64,000 bases of DNA from Eledone cirrhosa (GCA_964016885.1 OZ024744.1:65782001-65846000); one strand, 5' to 3'. Shown: positions 38,326-51,745, counted from the first letter of the stretch. Notes: a model not told the origin generated them from the sequence alone. Program-made: numbers and translations.

Positions 38326-38396
<71 letters not shown>

Positions 38397-38438
38397 CTAT
38401 GCACATATATATGTGTGTGTATGTGTATATATATACAT

Positions 38439-38502
<64 letters not shown>

Positions 38503-38510
38503 TAATATTT
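35380..38510. repeat. (TA)n/(CA)n microsatellite-rich zone downstream of the KIF26 stop, probably partly 3' UTR
   Basis: Many TA/CA/TATC runs; all ORFs here are Y/I/H/T artefacts. Confidence 0.85.
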
Positions 38511-38760
38511 ATTTATTCATATTTAGAGATAGAACATTCCACCAAACACACAGAGACAAAATACAAACTTTTGCACCCATTCTCATATACATATATTCGT
38601 TGAGTTATTTTTATTTCTTTGGAAAACCGTTTCTGTAAATTTAATCAGCTTATTCCATCATTTTTTTCCAGATATTATTATCCTTGCATTCGTTGCAGTT
38701 AAGCAAGTCTTAAGAGTTTCTCGCTGCAGTCTTCTGTGAAGTCTGTATGTAAAGTGTACT

Positions 38761-38903
38761 CTATTTTACCTTTACATCAAATGATGTTATTATCATCAGA
38801 TGAGATTTAAATGCTTCGACTCTCCTCTCCAATGCTGCATTTTCATATTCTAAGATCTGAATATCACTAGCATTGTCATAGTCAATGTTTTCAACTGGTT
38901 CAC
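38761..38903 (-). CDS. KIF26: KIF26-like terminal coding exon
   Basis: taacag|GT phase 1; CEPVENIDYDNASDIQILEYENAALERRVEAFKSHLMIITSFDVKVK*, matching the KIF26 C-terminal 'LE.RV...K.HLM.IT.FD'. Confidence 0.9.
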
Positions 38904-40654
38904 CTGTTAATGGATAAAGAAGTAAAATATATGAGTATGGGGGTCTTTTCAAGGTGCCAAAATATAATACTGCATAGTTTAACCCTTTAGCATTTACATT
39001 ACTCTATATTTACTATTGTATTTTTATGGTAAAGGCTTTAGCTAACATAATTATCTCACATAATATCGAATCTATGAGAGTTTGATATTATTTATTTTGA
39101 GAACAATACTTTAACATAAGTATGAGCAGCTGGTTATGGCCGGTTTGAATAGAAAGCGGTGAAAGAATTCTGGCTGGATACGGCCAGTTTAACCCTTTAG
39201 CATTTAGACTGGTCATACCCGGCCACTCATACTGATGTTAAGGTATTGTTCCCAAAATAAATAATATCAAAATCTCATAGATTTGATATTATGTGAGATA
39301 ATTATGTAAGGTAAAGCCATTATCGTGAAAATACAATAGTAAATATAGAGAGTAATGTTAAAGGGTTAAAATTTGTTTTGCTCTATTTGAAAATATATTG
39401 AATTCACTATAAGTTCAGATGTTGATATCTGAATCAATACAGTCTACAAATGTTAACATTTATATTATACTTCTTCAGTTACATAGGGGTTTATTATTTT
39501 ACAGGCATGTGGATTGGCAGTATCAGTAGAGTGTCAGACATAATGCTTTGCAGCATAGAGTTATGTCCCTTTATGTTCTGGGTTCAAATCCCGTTGAGGT
39601 TAACTTTGCCTTTACTGGGTTGATAAAATAAAGCACAAGAGTCCACAGAGCGCATTTTAACATGTTACCTACATTAGAAAGGTGGTCTTGTCTAATGTTG
39701 GTGCCACAATTCATATTTTAAATTCCATTGAAAGGGCCCATAGAAAATAAATAATGGCTTCTACTTTAGGTACAAGGCCAGCAATTACCCAGTGCATTAC
39801 TGGTAATAAATAATGGCTTCTGATTTAGACACAAGGCCAACAATTTTGGACGAGGGAAAAGTTGATTAAATCAATTTCGGTGTATTACTGGTATTTTATT
39901 TTATTGACCCCATAATCTTTTAGCATTTGACTTGACTGTATCTGGCCAGTATTCCTTCACCTCTTTCTGTTCAAACTGGCTGTAACTGGCCACGGATATT
40001 GATGTTAAGGTTTGTTTTCAAAATAAATAACATCAAAATCTCATAGATTCGATATTATGTGAGATAAAGCCTGTACCATGAAAATACAATAGTAAATATA
40101 GAGTAATGTAAATGTTTAAGGGTTAACTATGAAAGGCAAAGCTAACTTCAGTGGAAATAAATAATAAATAAATATGTATGAGATCTGATTAAGACAAAAT
40201 AACTTGAAATATACTCAGAATTCTCACACTGATTAGCTTGAAAAAGAAAAGAATTTTAGTTAACATGAAAATAACACATCATGAAATATCATTAAATAAA
40301 ATTATATTTTTTAGATAAATACATTGGTAAACATTGGGTAGGGTAGTTAATATAATATAATTGAATCCTAAATATTGGTATGGTTTGGACTTGTAACTCC
40401 CAAGGGAGTCATAGGGATACCATATTGGCATATGGCATTTCTTAGAGCATTTTAAAATCTAGTGAAGCCCATCTCCTCTCCAGGCCTCATTACAGAAGAT
40501 TCCTTCCAGAGAAGGATAAAGAATGGAAGTGAGAAAGAAATATAGAGGAAGAATTGTCCCCAGTACTAGACTGGTACTTTTTTTTTATTGACTTTTATAT
40601 TACAAGTACTTATTTGATTAAACTTTGGTGAGTAGGAGTGATGGTTCCATAATA

Positions 40655-40900
40655 AAAAGCACCCAGTCCATCCTGCAGGGTGGTAGTGGCAGTGCCACAA
40701 TAAAACATACCCTGTACATGCTGTGAAGTGGTTATCATTAAAAAAGGGTATCCAGCCATAGAAACCAAGCCAAAAATGGAATTATGAGCAAGACCAAGAC
40801 ATGGTCACCTGACCAGTCTGTCTAGTCTCAAAAAGTGGCAGCTCATTTAACCCATGCAAGCATGGGAAATAGACATAAAAGGGTGATGATGATGATGATC
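40655..40900 (+). mobile_element. old RTE 3' UTR fragment
   Basis: AAAAGCACCCAG...ATCCAGCCATAGAAACC...AACCCATGCAAGCATGG + (GAT)n. Confidence 0.7.
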
Positions 40901-41730
40901 ATCATCATCATGGTGGAATGAAATGTCTTGCACTATTTGTATCAGATCTTTGCATTCTGGGATCATGTGTAATAGACTTAATCTGCCACCCGGATCAACC
41001 CCACTACTTTGTCTTTGGATATCTTTAGTGGAGCTCACTGTGGCAAACATTGAGCCAGGTTTCCAATCTGAGGATAACTTACTTCATTTCATTCACCAGT
41101 CTTGAAGACTCTGAAAAAATACACTCCCTGGTTAAGTGGGAAGAAGAAAAAAAAATATCGAAGTACCAAATTACATATTAGGAAATCATTTAGGCTGACA
41201 TAAATCGATGATCACTATTTAGCTCTAGGGTCTCCTCCTTAAGGGCCTTGGGTGGATACCACCAGGCCTTTGGATGGCTTTAGTCTTTTAGTATATTCCA
41301 TTCTGTTTCTAGCATTTGGACTAGACCTTCAGTCTGAGATAATTTGATATATTAATAATATACAGCTTTTTTCAACCCACAAGTTTTAATTTTTTTTTAG
41401 CCCCTCCCATTCTCCACCCGGCATTAGTCATGGGCTCCTTATCAGAGGTCACATGTGCTGCTCTTTCCCATCCCCATACAATAAATTTTAGGATTTATAT
41501 GCTGTCAGTATAAGTACAGTTTTTAAAAAAAAATTATAAGCCCCACTGTGAATAAATTTTGCCATGCTTACAATGTTGAAGCAGATGTTTTTACAGATGG
41601 CTATTCCCTTACCCCAATCCCTCAACTGCCAAGTAGGGAGTTCAGACAAATTATTGTCAACCAGGCAAACTAGGGGTTTTGTTCAAGGATATAATACATC
41701 AACCATTGTAAAAATAATAATAATAGTAAT

Positions 41731-42000
41731 GGAGGCGTGTGGCTTAGTGGTAAGGGTGTTGGGTTTACCATCATAATGGGTTTGATTCCTGGGTTGTGTT
41801 TTGTGTTCTTGAGCAAAACACTTCATTTCACATTGCTCCAGTATACTCAGCTAAAAATGAATACCAGCTATAGCTGGGGGTTTAACCCTGCCATAGACTG
41901 GCATCCTGTCCAGGGGAAAGTCTTGTACTCTCAGTCACTTCACGCCATGAAATCAGGATAAGCACTGGCCTAACAAGCCTTCTGGTTTAAGACTGACTTT
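41731..42000 (+). mobile_element. tRNA-derived SINE family B
   Basis: GGAGGCGTGTGGCTTAGTGGT head; core GTGTTCTTGAGCAAAACACTT..TTGCTCCAGT.TACTCAGCT; copies at 31365-31645(-), 63206-63360, 13635-13730, 49140-49225(-). Confidence 0.8.
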
Positions 42001-43314
42001 TAGGATAGTAATATTAGTCATAAGATTTGACTTCATAACTGTATAGTCAGTAGTATAATATTTTTAACTTCCCATTCATTGTGTCTTGTAAAATAATATT
42101 CTTTTTTAAACTAAATATGCATAACAATATTCCCCATTCTTTGATACATTCAGAATTCTAACCAGCTTTTAACCTTGATTTCAGGCTGTTGTAAAGTTGT
42201 GAGTTTGATTAAACACAAAATGAACTTTGTAGTGAGGAATTCCTTTTTTTTAAATCACTTAACCCTTTAGCATTTACATTACTCTATATATACTATTGTA
42301 TTTTCATGGTAAAGGCTTTACCTCACATAATATCAAATCTACAAGATTTTGATATTATTTATTTTGAGAACAATACCTTAACATCAGTATGAGTGGCCAG
42401 TTACAGCCAGTTTGAACAGAAAGAGGTGAGAGAATTTTGGCCGGATATGGCCAGTTTAAATGGTAATGGGTTAATCAGTCTAAAAGCCTCCTCCCCACCC
42501 CCAAACTAGTTTGGGGGTGGGGAGGAGGAAGAGGTAAGATCCCAAGCTTGACTTGAATGTTTTGCAACAGAGTACAGTCTTTTAAAGATACTCAAAGATC
42601 AAGTGGGGCTGTTAAACTGGACAACAAACCAAGTTGGTCACAGTGGGATCTGAACTCAGAATGTAAAGAACCAAAATGAATGTTGCAAGGTTAGTCAACC
42701 ACCCTTAACTGATACTTTATTTATGAACCCTAGAAGGATGAAAGGAAAAGTTGGCCATGATGGGATTTGAACTCAGAATGTAAGGAGCTGGGATAAATAC
42801 TGCAAGGCATTATGTTGTACGTTGTATGTTCTTTTAATCCTTCTACAAATTTACTGCCTATAAGTTATTTGCATTGACCAAAAATACAAACAGTAGTCAT
42901 TATTTGTATCAATCCCAGACAGACAGAAGACAAAGTAAACCAGAGAGGGATTTGAAGAGATACAATATCGAACATGGTACACTAGAAACTTCCATTTTTT
43001 TATAGACTTGTTAATTTGCGATAAGGTAAGTTTTTACTGGTAAGATGAAACTTTGAGGCTTAGAGTTAGGATTAGAGTGAAGGTGAAAAATAAAAGTTAG
43101 AATAAGGGTTAGAGCAAATGTTATGTTATGTTTAAGATTTATGAGTTAGGCATAAGGTTAGAATTATGGTTAGGCTTAGCAATTAAAGTTATTAATAGAG
43201 AAATAAAATGCATGCCTTTGTTAAGCTTCGCCTCCTGCAGGAAAGGATGGTGGAGGATTTTTCAAAGCTCTGTCTTTCTGGCCCTTCGGCATGTAAAACA
43301 CAGGAGCGACTTAC

Positions 43315-43435
43315 AGTCAAAGTTCCAAGATGCCTGTTCAATCAAGAGACGGTCCTTAGCTGAGGTCAACTCCTGCTTAAGTTCTTCTTGCTTGTTTAAA
43401 AGTTCAAGCACTCTTTCTCGACGTTGTTCATAGAC
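43315..43435 (-). CDS. KIF26: KIF26-like exon, C-terminal coiled coil
   Basis: (TC)n tract then cacag|GTC...GACT|gtaag, 121 nt; VYEQRRERVLELLNKQEELKQELTSAKDRLLIEQASWNFD. Confidence 0.9.
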
Positions 43436-43465
43436 CTGTGTAGATTGAAGAGGAAAGTAAAGTAA

Positions 43466-43536
<71 letters not shown>

Positions 43537-45289
43537 ACAGATTGGTGTTGTGTAATATTTTGAGGCTGTAGAATTCAGGAAAATCTTTCATTCATTCATT
43601 TTACCACTCCACTTGAGACAAATCCTACAACTCCTCTTTAGACCTCACAATCCTACATTACCAATTACCGCACCAAGGTCTTGAACTTTACATTTTACAC
43701 CAAGGTGAACAAATCCCAAAGTATGTTCTGTGGCTGGGGCTGAATCAAGAATCATAGTTCAACTATTAAACATAGTTCCCCCCGAGTCATTTGACGAAGT
43801 CCCATCTTTTCACAAATAACTACTGTCACATGTATGATATAAGGTGCATCACCAACCAGTGTTTTTATGGAGACACCACCTCTAAGTAATTGTTAACTAA
43901 GGCCAAAGAGCTCATTATATATCCAAGATACATAACTAGTATTTCAATGGTTTTCACTGGGAATCTATAACCCTGGACAAGGACCCATACCAGGTGCTGT
44001 CAGGTAAAGTCAACTGATACCACCTCAAGGTGATTGCCAGTCAAGCCCAAAGAGTTCATCACCTACACATGAGACATAGTGTTAGCTGGAGTCAGCTGTG
44101 TTTATAATTCATATCGTGTAGGTAAGTAATGTTCTATTTTGTGGCCTAATTTCAGTGGAATTAAATATACATGAATATGAATTTGTAAACACATTTATTC
44201 AAAGACCATACTATAATTGTGACTCATGTTTGGCAGGCTTGTTTTGACCTGAGGTTAATGACTGAGATCGATACTCACTACCAGAGAAGCTTTTGATTTA
44301 TTGGGGTAATCTTATCCTGGAAAATGAACCTAACTACAGCTGTCACTCACAATCTAGTATGACTTGGTAGTCTGTACCATGCTTAGGTGACCATCCAGTT
44401 GGAAGCAGACATAGATACACTCAGTTTCATTCTTTCCTCTCTCCCTTGCTTCAGCAGAACACCCCCAGGATGTGAGAGGTGGAAAGAGAGAGGGGGCTAT
44501 ACTAACATTAGGCTGATACTTTCTTTATTAACTCTGAAAGAATGAAAGGCAAAGAAATGGACATTGGTAAGATTTGAACCCAGAACACAGAGGCTATGGA
44601 CAAATGTCAATGCTTTAATGCCTCTGTCAAATTGACTGGCTTGATGGGAAATGTTGTAGATTATATTATGTACCTTATTGCACTTAAGTAGATTATACTT
44701 TTGAGTTGTGTCACAGTTATAGAAGACAAGCAATATGGTACAAGCAAGCAAGCCTTACCAAAATATCATGTGATGCCCATAAGAGTTATTCCAGTGCTAT
44801 CATCTACAACAAAGGTTCTCAACAGGGGGCATATGCACCCCCAAGGGGCGTTTTGGAACTCCAGGGGGGGGGGGGCGTTTGGGAGCAAGGGGGCATTAGG
44901 GGGGCGTTTGGAGCTTTAGGGTGCACTGGAAGGCTCTTTACTTTGGTAACTTTTATAAGCCATATTTGTATGTCTTTGAGACAGCCAGTGTGAATGCATT
45001 TGCATGGGCATGAAAACAGCATAACTATAGTTTGACCGCAGCTGTGAGCAGGTGTGTAGGCGTGTTTAGACATTAACCGGCAATTGAGATCCTAACAACG
45101 GAAAAACCCACAGTCAACTGGGTCAAGGACACTTCAAGCTCAGCCAGTTTGAATCTTGTCTTTGCTTCACCGATAACAATGTATTTCATGTCTGAAATTA
45201 TTGACTCAACTGTAACGAGTTAACAATATGTAGATCTATTTTATTTCCTATTGTATAAATAATATTACAAATAAAAAAAAGAAAAAAAA

Positions 45290-46820
45290 ACACAGAAGCG
45301 GGTAGCACACACATCTAGGACCACATACAACACATAAGCAGGTAGCACACACATCTAGGACCACACACAACACAATCAGATAATACACACATCTAGGACC
45401 ACATACAACACATAAGCAGGAAATACACACATCTAGGACCACATACAACATATAAGCAGGTAATACACACATCTAGGACCACATGCAACACATAAGGAGG
45501 TAGCACACACATCTATGACCACATACAACACACAGGCAGGTAATACATACATTTAGGACCACATACAACACATAAGCAGGTAATACAAACATCTAGGACC
45601 ACATACAACACATAATCAGGTAATACAAACATCTAAGGCGGGTAAAATTCCCGAGATCCATGGACGAGTTCTCTCCAGAGGTCTCTGTCCCTCATTATCG
45701 CTGCCATGTCCTGCGTCTCCAACAGACCAGTGTCTGTCCTTAGGGCATCAACTTACAGGCTTATGGAATCCCCAAGAGGATAGTGGACCTGATATCACTG
45801 CTCTACACCAACACCAAAGCCCAAGTCATTACACCTGATGGGATGACAGAGTTCTTTGAGATACTGGCTGGAGTGCTCCAGGGAGATACATTGGCTCCCT
45901 ACCTTTTTATCATTGTAGTGGACTATTGTATGCACCTTGCACTGGAGAAACACCAGGACTCTGGCTTTACTGTAGCACCGGCTCAGAGCAGGAGAGTTAG
46001 GGCGAAAAAGGTATTGGATGCTGAATTTGCCGACGACATAGTTTTGGTGACAAATACAGTGAAGGAGGCAGAGGATTTGATGCGGGAGGTTGAGACTGTG
46101 TCGATGAGTATGGGGCTGAGAATGAATGAGACTAAAACAAAATATCTGGTAGAGAATGTTGAGAAGCCAGAGGGGATCATTAATGTAGGCGGGAAGCCAC
46201 TAGAATTGGTTGAGGGCTTCCTGTATTTGGGAGCAAAGATTGGGAATACGGAAGATGATGTGGTTGAGAGGAAGAGCAAAACCTGGGCGGCGTGCCACAG
46301 CTTGAGATTGGTGTGGAAGTCGGACCTTCGTAAAGACCTGAAAGTCCGCCTCTTCATTGCTGTAGTGGAGTCTGTGCTGCTGTACGGGTCTGAGACTTGG
46401 ACACTGACCAAGAAACTCACTCAGATGGTGGATGGGTGCTAGACGAGAATGCTGAGGATGGCTCTGAACATTAATCAGTATACACTGAGGATGAAAAACT
46501 CAGAGCTGTATGGGAGCATCCCAAAAGTCAGCTCAAAAGTGACACAGAGGAGACTGAGGTTAGCTGGACATGCTCACCGACATCCAGAGTTGACATTGCA
46601 CTCAGTGCTCCTGTGAGAGCCCCTACATGGACACACTAGAAGAGGAAGACCAAGGTTAATGTATGTTGATACAAACATCTAGGACTACATACAACACATA
46701 ATAAGGTAATACATACATCTAGGACCACATGCAATACATAAGCAGGTAATACATACATCTAGGACTACCTACAACACACAGGCAGGTAATATATACATCT
46801 AGGACCAAATACAACACGCA
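45290..46820. repeat. 39-40 bp minisatellite (about 9 + 4 units) split by the LINE fragment
   Basis: Unit GGTAATACACACATCTAGGACCACATACAACACATAAGCA. Confidence 0.9.
45636..46668. mobile_element. RTE-like LINE fragment with internal inversion
   Basis: 45753-46670 (+) encodes GVLQGDTLAPYLF, FADD, FLYLG, LLYGSETW and RGRPRLMYVD; 45752-45636 (-) continues VDALRTDTGL...RDRDLWRELVH; flanked by repeated ATACAAACATCTA. Confidence 0.88.
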
Positions 46821-46821
46821 T

Positions 46822-47872
46822 TGTATCATGTGCTACGGATGACGCAAGAGCAATGGCCGGCCAACATAAGGGTTTCGTCACTCTTCTGAAGAGAGAAAAA
46901 TCTATCTGTATTTGTCGTTCATCGACAACACTTGGCTGCGAAGAAACTCAGCAAGCCACTGAGCAAGTCCTTGCAGGTGGCCCTTGATGTCATCAATTTT
47001 ATCAAACGGCATTCCCTCAATGAACAAATTTTCCGGCAACTGTGCCAAGATAATGACGAAGAATTCGTCAAGTTGTTCCTTCATAATGAAGTGAGGTGGC
47101 TTTCAAAGAGCAAGTGCCTTACTCACTTCTTTGAACTGTTCGACTATATCATTGAGTTTCTGCGAGGACGCAACACAGAACTGTACAAGAACCCCTCGAT
47201 GTGAGGCAAAACTGCGCCTACCTCACCGACATCGTTGACAAATGCAATAGTGTCATTTTGGCTTTGCAGGGGAAGAAGATCACCTTACTTAAAGCAAGGA
47301 ATGCTGTGAAAACATTCCTGGCCAAATTGAATGTCATCAAAAGGAATCTTTGTTGACGGGAATTCTATAATTTTCCTAGTGTCGCCAATGTTCAAAACAT
47401 TGTAAGCGATGACCAACTCCAAATTTATATCGCTCACCTCCGTGCGCTACAAAACAACATGAGAGAACGGTTTGTCGACCTTTTGCTGATGGACATCCCA
47501 ATGTGGGTAGCAGATCCCTTCATAGCTAACGTCGATGATTTGGACGTTATATTTCAGGAAGAATTCATTGAACTTCAAGCAGATGACATGATCAAAATTA
47601 GATTTCCCAAAATAGGTGAACCCCTTTATTGGATGCAAGAGGAAATTCAGCGTCGATTTCCACACCTACATGCAGAGGCTAAGAGATTTGCTCTGCCTTT
47701 TCCAAGCTCATACTTAGTCGAGAGGAGGTTTGGTGCTATTTCCAGACTGCACAGTAAGGCTCGCAACTGCTACAATGTAATTACACATGGAGATCTCCGG
47801 CTACATCTTACGAAAATCCAGCCTGACGTCAAAGAGTTAGCTAGACTCCATAAAGTTCAAGGGTCCCATTGA
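46822..47872 (+). pseudogene. hAT/Buster transposase remnant (SCAND3/ZBED8-like), frameshifted
   Basis: ATDDARAMAG, HRQHLAAKKL, LFLHNEVRWLSK, FPSSYLVERRF and GDLRLHLT motifs spread over shifted frames. Confidence 0.88.
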
Positions 47873-49271
47873 AATGAGGTCAAAGTTAAAGTAAGTTGAT
47901 TTATCCGAAAACTTGGATATGCTAACTAAAGTAAACTAACAATTTTTTTTATTTGTACTTGCAGTCTGACTGGAAACCATCTACTACAATTCACTTACTC
48001 ATTTGTTGTATATATTTTACCATTTACTAATAAATATACCCTCCCGCGTGGTCATGAAAACCCTCTTCCGTGGTCTCTAAGCTCACAAAGCAGAGGTGAC
48101 ATCAAGTTAGATATCAACATTTATTCTGTCCATTTCATTAAAGGGAAAGCTTTGAAATGATATAATTGCCACTTTCTTCCAGATAAGAGCACTCTTGGGA
48201 TAGACAGATTTGCTCTTGTATAAATGTTCAAAATAGTTGGTATCGCCCGGTGGGAATATAACAAATTCAACTGGTCCTTATTCATAAAAAAGAACATTTA
48301 TGTTCTTTTTTTTGAAATTTATATATTTCCTTTCAAGGAATGTATTTATACTCTCAGCTGCCTGCAATGGTATCTTTGGAATATTGTTAATCAATTTTTT
48401 AGTAATCTACAGATATCAAAATCAGTAGTATATTGAAAAATGGAAAAATAGGGTAGGGGGCGTTTCGTGATTTCGAGGGACAAAAGGGTTGAACCTGTGA
48501 TCTACAACAATACTATACATGTGTGTGTTTGTCTAAAAAATTATTAGAAGAGAAACTCCAGCGTCCCTTGTTGGGGCTTGTGATAAGTGTACTAGTCTTT
48601 TACATTATACATTTTTTTGTTTTTGTTTTTTTTCTTTTAATGATTCAAAAAAATATAAATTGTGTTTATATATAATAATTTCTACTAAAGGCAATTTGGG
48701 GAGAAGGGAAAATCGATTAAATCAACCCCAGTGCATTACTGGTACTTTATTTTATCGACCCCATAAGGATGAAAGGCAAAGCTAACCTCAGTGGGATTTG
48801 AACTCAGAACATAAAGGGCTGTAACTCAATCCCACAAAGCATGTTGTCTGATGCTCCACTGATACTGTCAATCCAACATATAATGATTATAAATAATTGT
48901 TTTGAGGGAATAATCCCTTACACAGTGTCACACAGTTTCAATCTCATAGGAGAGGGAAAATGATATGTTGTGAGGTTCATGCTTATTCTAATGTATATAG
49001 CACCTCTATTTGTTTCCACAACAAGTGTTCCAGTTGTTTGAACAACGGAACAGCTTGATCCTGAGATTAAGGTGTAAGTGGCTGAGCATTCCACAGACAC
49101 ATGTACCCCTAATGTAGTTCTCTGAGAAATTTTGAATATGAAATAAAGTGTCTTGCTTAAGGGCTCAATGCACCACCAGGAATTGAACTCATGACTGTAT
49201 GATTGTGAGTTTTCACTATCTTAATGTAATGGTATTTATTAGTTGTTTGTGGATGAAAGTTTTTACCTTAC

Positions 49272-49495
49272 CTCAAGTTCATCTTTCCGTCTACGGTGCA
49301 TCCGCTCAACGTCTTCACTATCATAATTACGAATTTCCATTGGCTCATCCTTTAGTTTCTGAATTTGTCGTGTATCAACCCAGGCTTTTGATGAAGGACT
49401 AGGTGGTACCTGTTGACCATTTGCATCTCCCTTTAAACCACAAAGGGGACTTCCCGATGCTGACCTAGCTGGAGCAGAACGACTACGACGGGACC
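49272..49495 (-). CDS. KIF26: KIF26-like exon, tail region
   Basis: ttcag|GG...GAG|gtaag, 224 nt; GSRRSRSAPARS...EPMEIRNYDSEDVERMHRRRKDELE; phase 1 in, phase 0 out. Confidence 0.88.
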
Positions 49496-51341
49496 CTGAA
49501 ATAGTAAAAAACAACAACAACAATATTAAACAACATCTTAGTATTACAAGTCTATGGACATGTAATCTGTATGATCTATCATACTCTACGATAATATCTT
49601 GTCAGCCTTACAATGCTTCTTTGTCTATCGTCCATACACAATCTCTGTACTATACTATAATGTTTCTCTGTCTAACTGAATTTGTTCTCACTCTCTGGTT
49701 ACCCTCAATAAATCAATGGCTACTTGTTAACCCTTTAAACCAGCCATATCCAGCCAGAATTCTCTCACCTCCTTCTGCTCAAACCGGCCATTATCGGCTG
49801 CTTAGACTTATGTTAAAGTATTGTTCTCAAAATAAATATCAAAATCTCGTAGATTCAATATTATGTGAGATAATAATTGTTTCTACTTTTGGCACAAGGC
49901 CAGCAATTACCCAGTGTATTACTGGTACTTTATTTTATCGACCCCATAAGGATGAAAGGCAAAGTTAACCTCGGCGGGACAGATAATAATGTGAGATAAA
50001 ATGTTTACCATGAAAATACAATAGCAAATATAGAGTAATGTAAATGCTAGGGGGTTAAATTGATGGTTACCTTTAAAATGATAGTTACTTTTATTCAATC
50101 AAAGGTTACCTCGTCAGTCTCCAGTTAATATTATTTAGTCAATAGTTAAACTTGTTTAGTCAATGGTTACTTTTGTTTAGTCAATGGTTATTTACATTAA
50201 CCTTTTAGCATTTACATTACTCTATATTTACTATTATATTTTCATGGTAAACAATTTCACATAATTATCTCACATATTGAATCGTTGAGATTTTGATATT
50301 ATTTATTTGATATTATTTGATATTATTTGATATTATTTATTCCAACTGAATATGGCTGGTTTAAATACTAAAGGGTTAAGCTGACAGTTACCCTCATTAT
50401 GGTGATGACATTGGTTATCATCGTAGTTCAGCTAACAGTGGAACTCTTGTATGCCCATCATTCATATATACATATGAGAACAGGACACATCTAAACACAA
50501 CCTTATTGTTAGAAATACAGATACAACATCACTAGGAACATGTATGTATTCATGAAGATATTTTTAAAAAGAATTTCAAATAGTTGCTTCTACTTTTGGC
50601 ACAAGGCCAGCAATTATCCCAGTACAATACTGGTACTTTATTTTATCGACCCTGAAAGGATGAAAGGCAAAGTTAACCTCGGTGGGATTTGAACTCAAAT
50701 CATAAAGGGACGGAACTCTATGCTGCAAAGCATGGCGTCTGACCCTCTACCGATACTGCCAATCCAACATTGTTTTCTCTGTCTTGTAAAAATGGTTTGT
50801 CTTCTTGTGTATGAGTATCAGTAGGCTTCAACCAAGTTAAAATTTAGATGACTTGAATCACTAAGGGAGATTCTCTGTAGACACTTTACTTGATCAATCT
50901 AGCAGTCAGATCACTAACAACAAATACTTTAACGTCTTTAACCCTTCAACATCTACATTACTCTATATTTACTATTGTATTTTCATGGTAAAGGCTCACA
51001 TAATATCGAAACTATGAGATTTTGATATTATTTATTTTGAGAACAATACCTTAACATCAGGATGCAAGAAAGAAAATAACTCCAGCAAAGACATAATATA
51101 TTTTTTAGTCCACTCCCTTACATCCAGGATTGCCTCGGAAATGTAACTTTTTACTCAATCTTGCTGCACGATAATGGTTAAATAATCAAGTGGCTATGAT
51201 TGTCATTGAAATATGTATCACGCCCTTATTAATAAAGGTCTCCTTTAACATCTACAACTTCACATTATTATAACTCCATCATCCTTATTTTGAAGAAGTA
51301 ATATGGTGTTGAGTGTTTGAGTTGAATTGCATCTATGTCTA

Positions 51342-51410
<69 letters not shown>

Positions 51411-51489
51411 TTGTGTCTCCCTATTTATATACATATATATATACCTGCTATAGTTACATAGCTTCTAATTGAATGGAAGGAAGCATGGG

Positions 51490-51561
51490 TGGCATGTTGG
51501 TGTAATGGTAACACATTGGTCCGGCAAACCAAAGATGTGGGTTTGTGTCCCATATACGTCA
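51490..51561 (+). pseudogene. degenerate tRNA-like sequence (SINE head or tRNA pseudogene) between (TA)n tracts
   Basis: A box TGGTGTAATGG, anticodon stem TTGGT/ACCAA with 7-nt loop CCGGCAA, T stem GTGGG/CCCAT with a mutated loop. Confidence 0.55.
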
Positions 51562-51712
51562 AAACTCATCCTTTTTCCATTCAGAGGTTTTTTTTAACAT
51601 CCCAACTCACAGACTAATTCTATTTAGTCAAATACGACATAAGCACATGTTACTACCTAATTTTCAAATTCGCTAGCTGTTTCTAAACAAAGCTTGCTTT
51701 GTATCTATATAC

Positions 51713-51745
<33 letters not shown>

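Larger units (their letters stand above)
44810..48499 (+). mobile_element. hAT (Buster/Charlie-like) DNA transposon, decayed
   Basis: Ends CAAAGGTTCTCAAC ... GTTGAACCTGTG; 8-bp TSD ATCTACAA at 44802-44809 and 48500-48507 (nnnTAnnn pattern); internal transposase remnant. Confidence 0.88.

Noticed and set aside
35364-38638. Many Tyr/Ile/His ORFs
   Set aside because: TA/CA microsatellite artefacts.
43050-43190. Telomere-like TTAGG/TTAGA repeats
   Set aside because: Too degenerate and short to call an interstitial telomere or fusion site.
45290-45635. 40-bp array as CRISPR
   Set aside because: No spacers, eukaryotic context, no cas genes.
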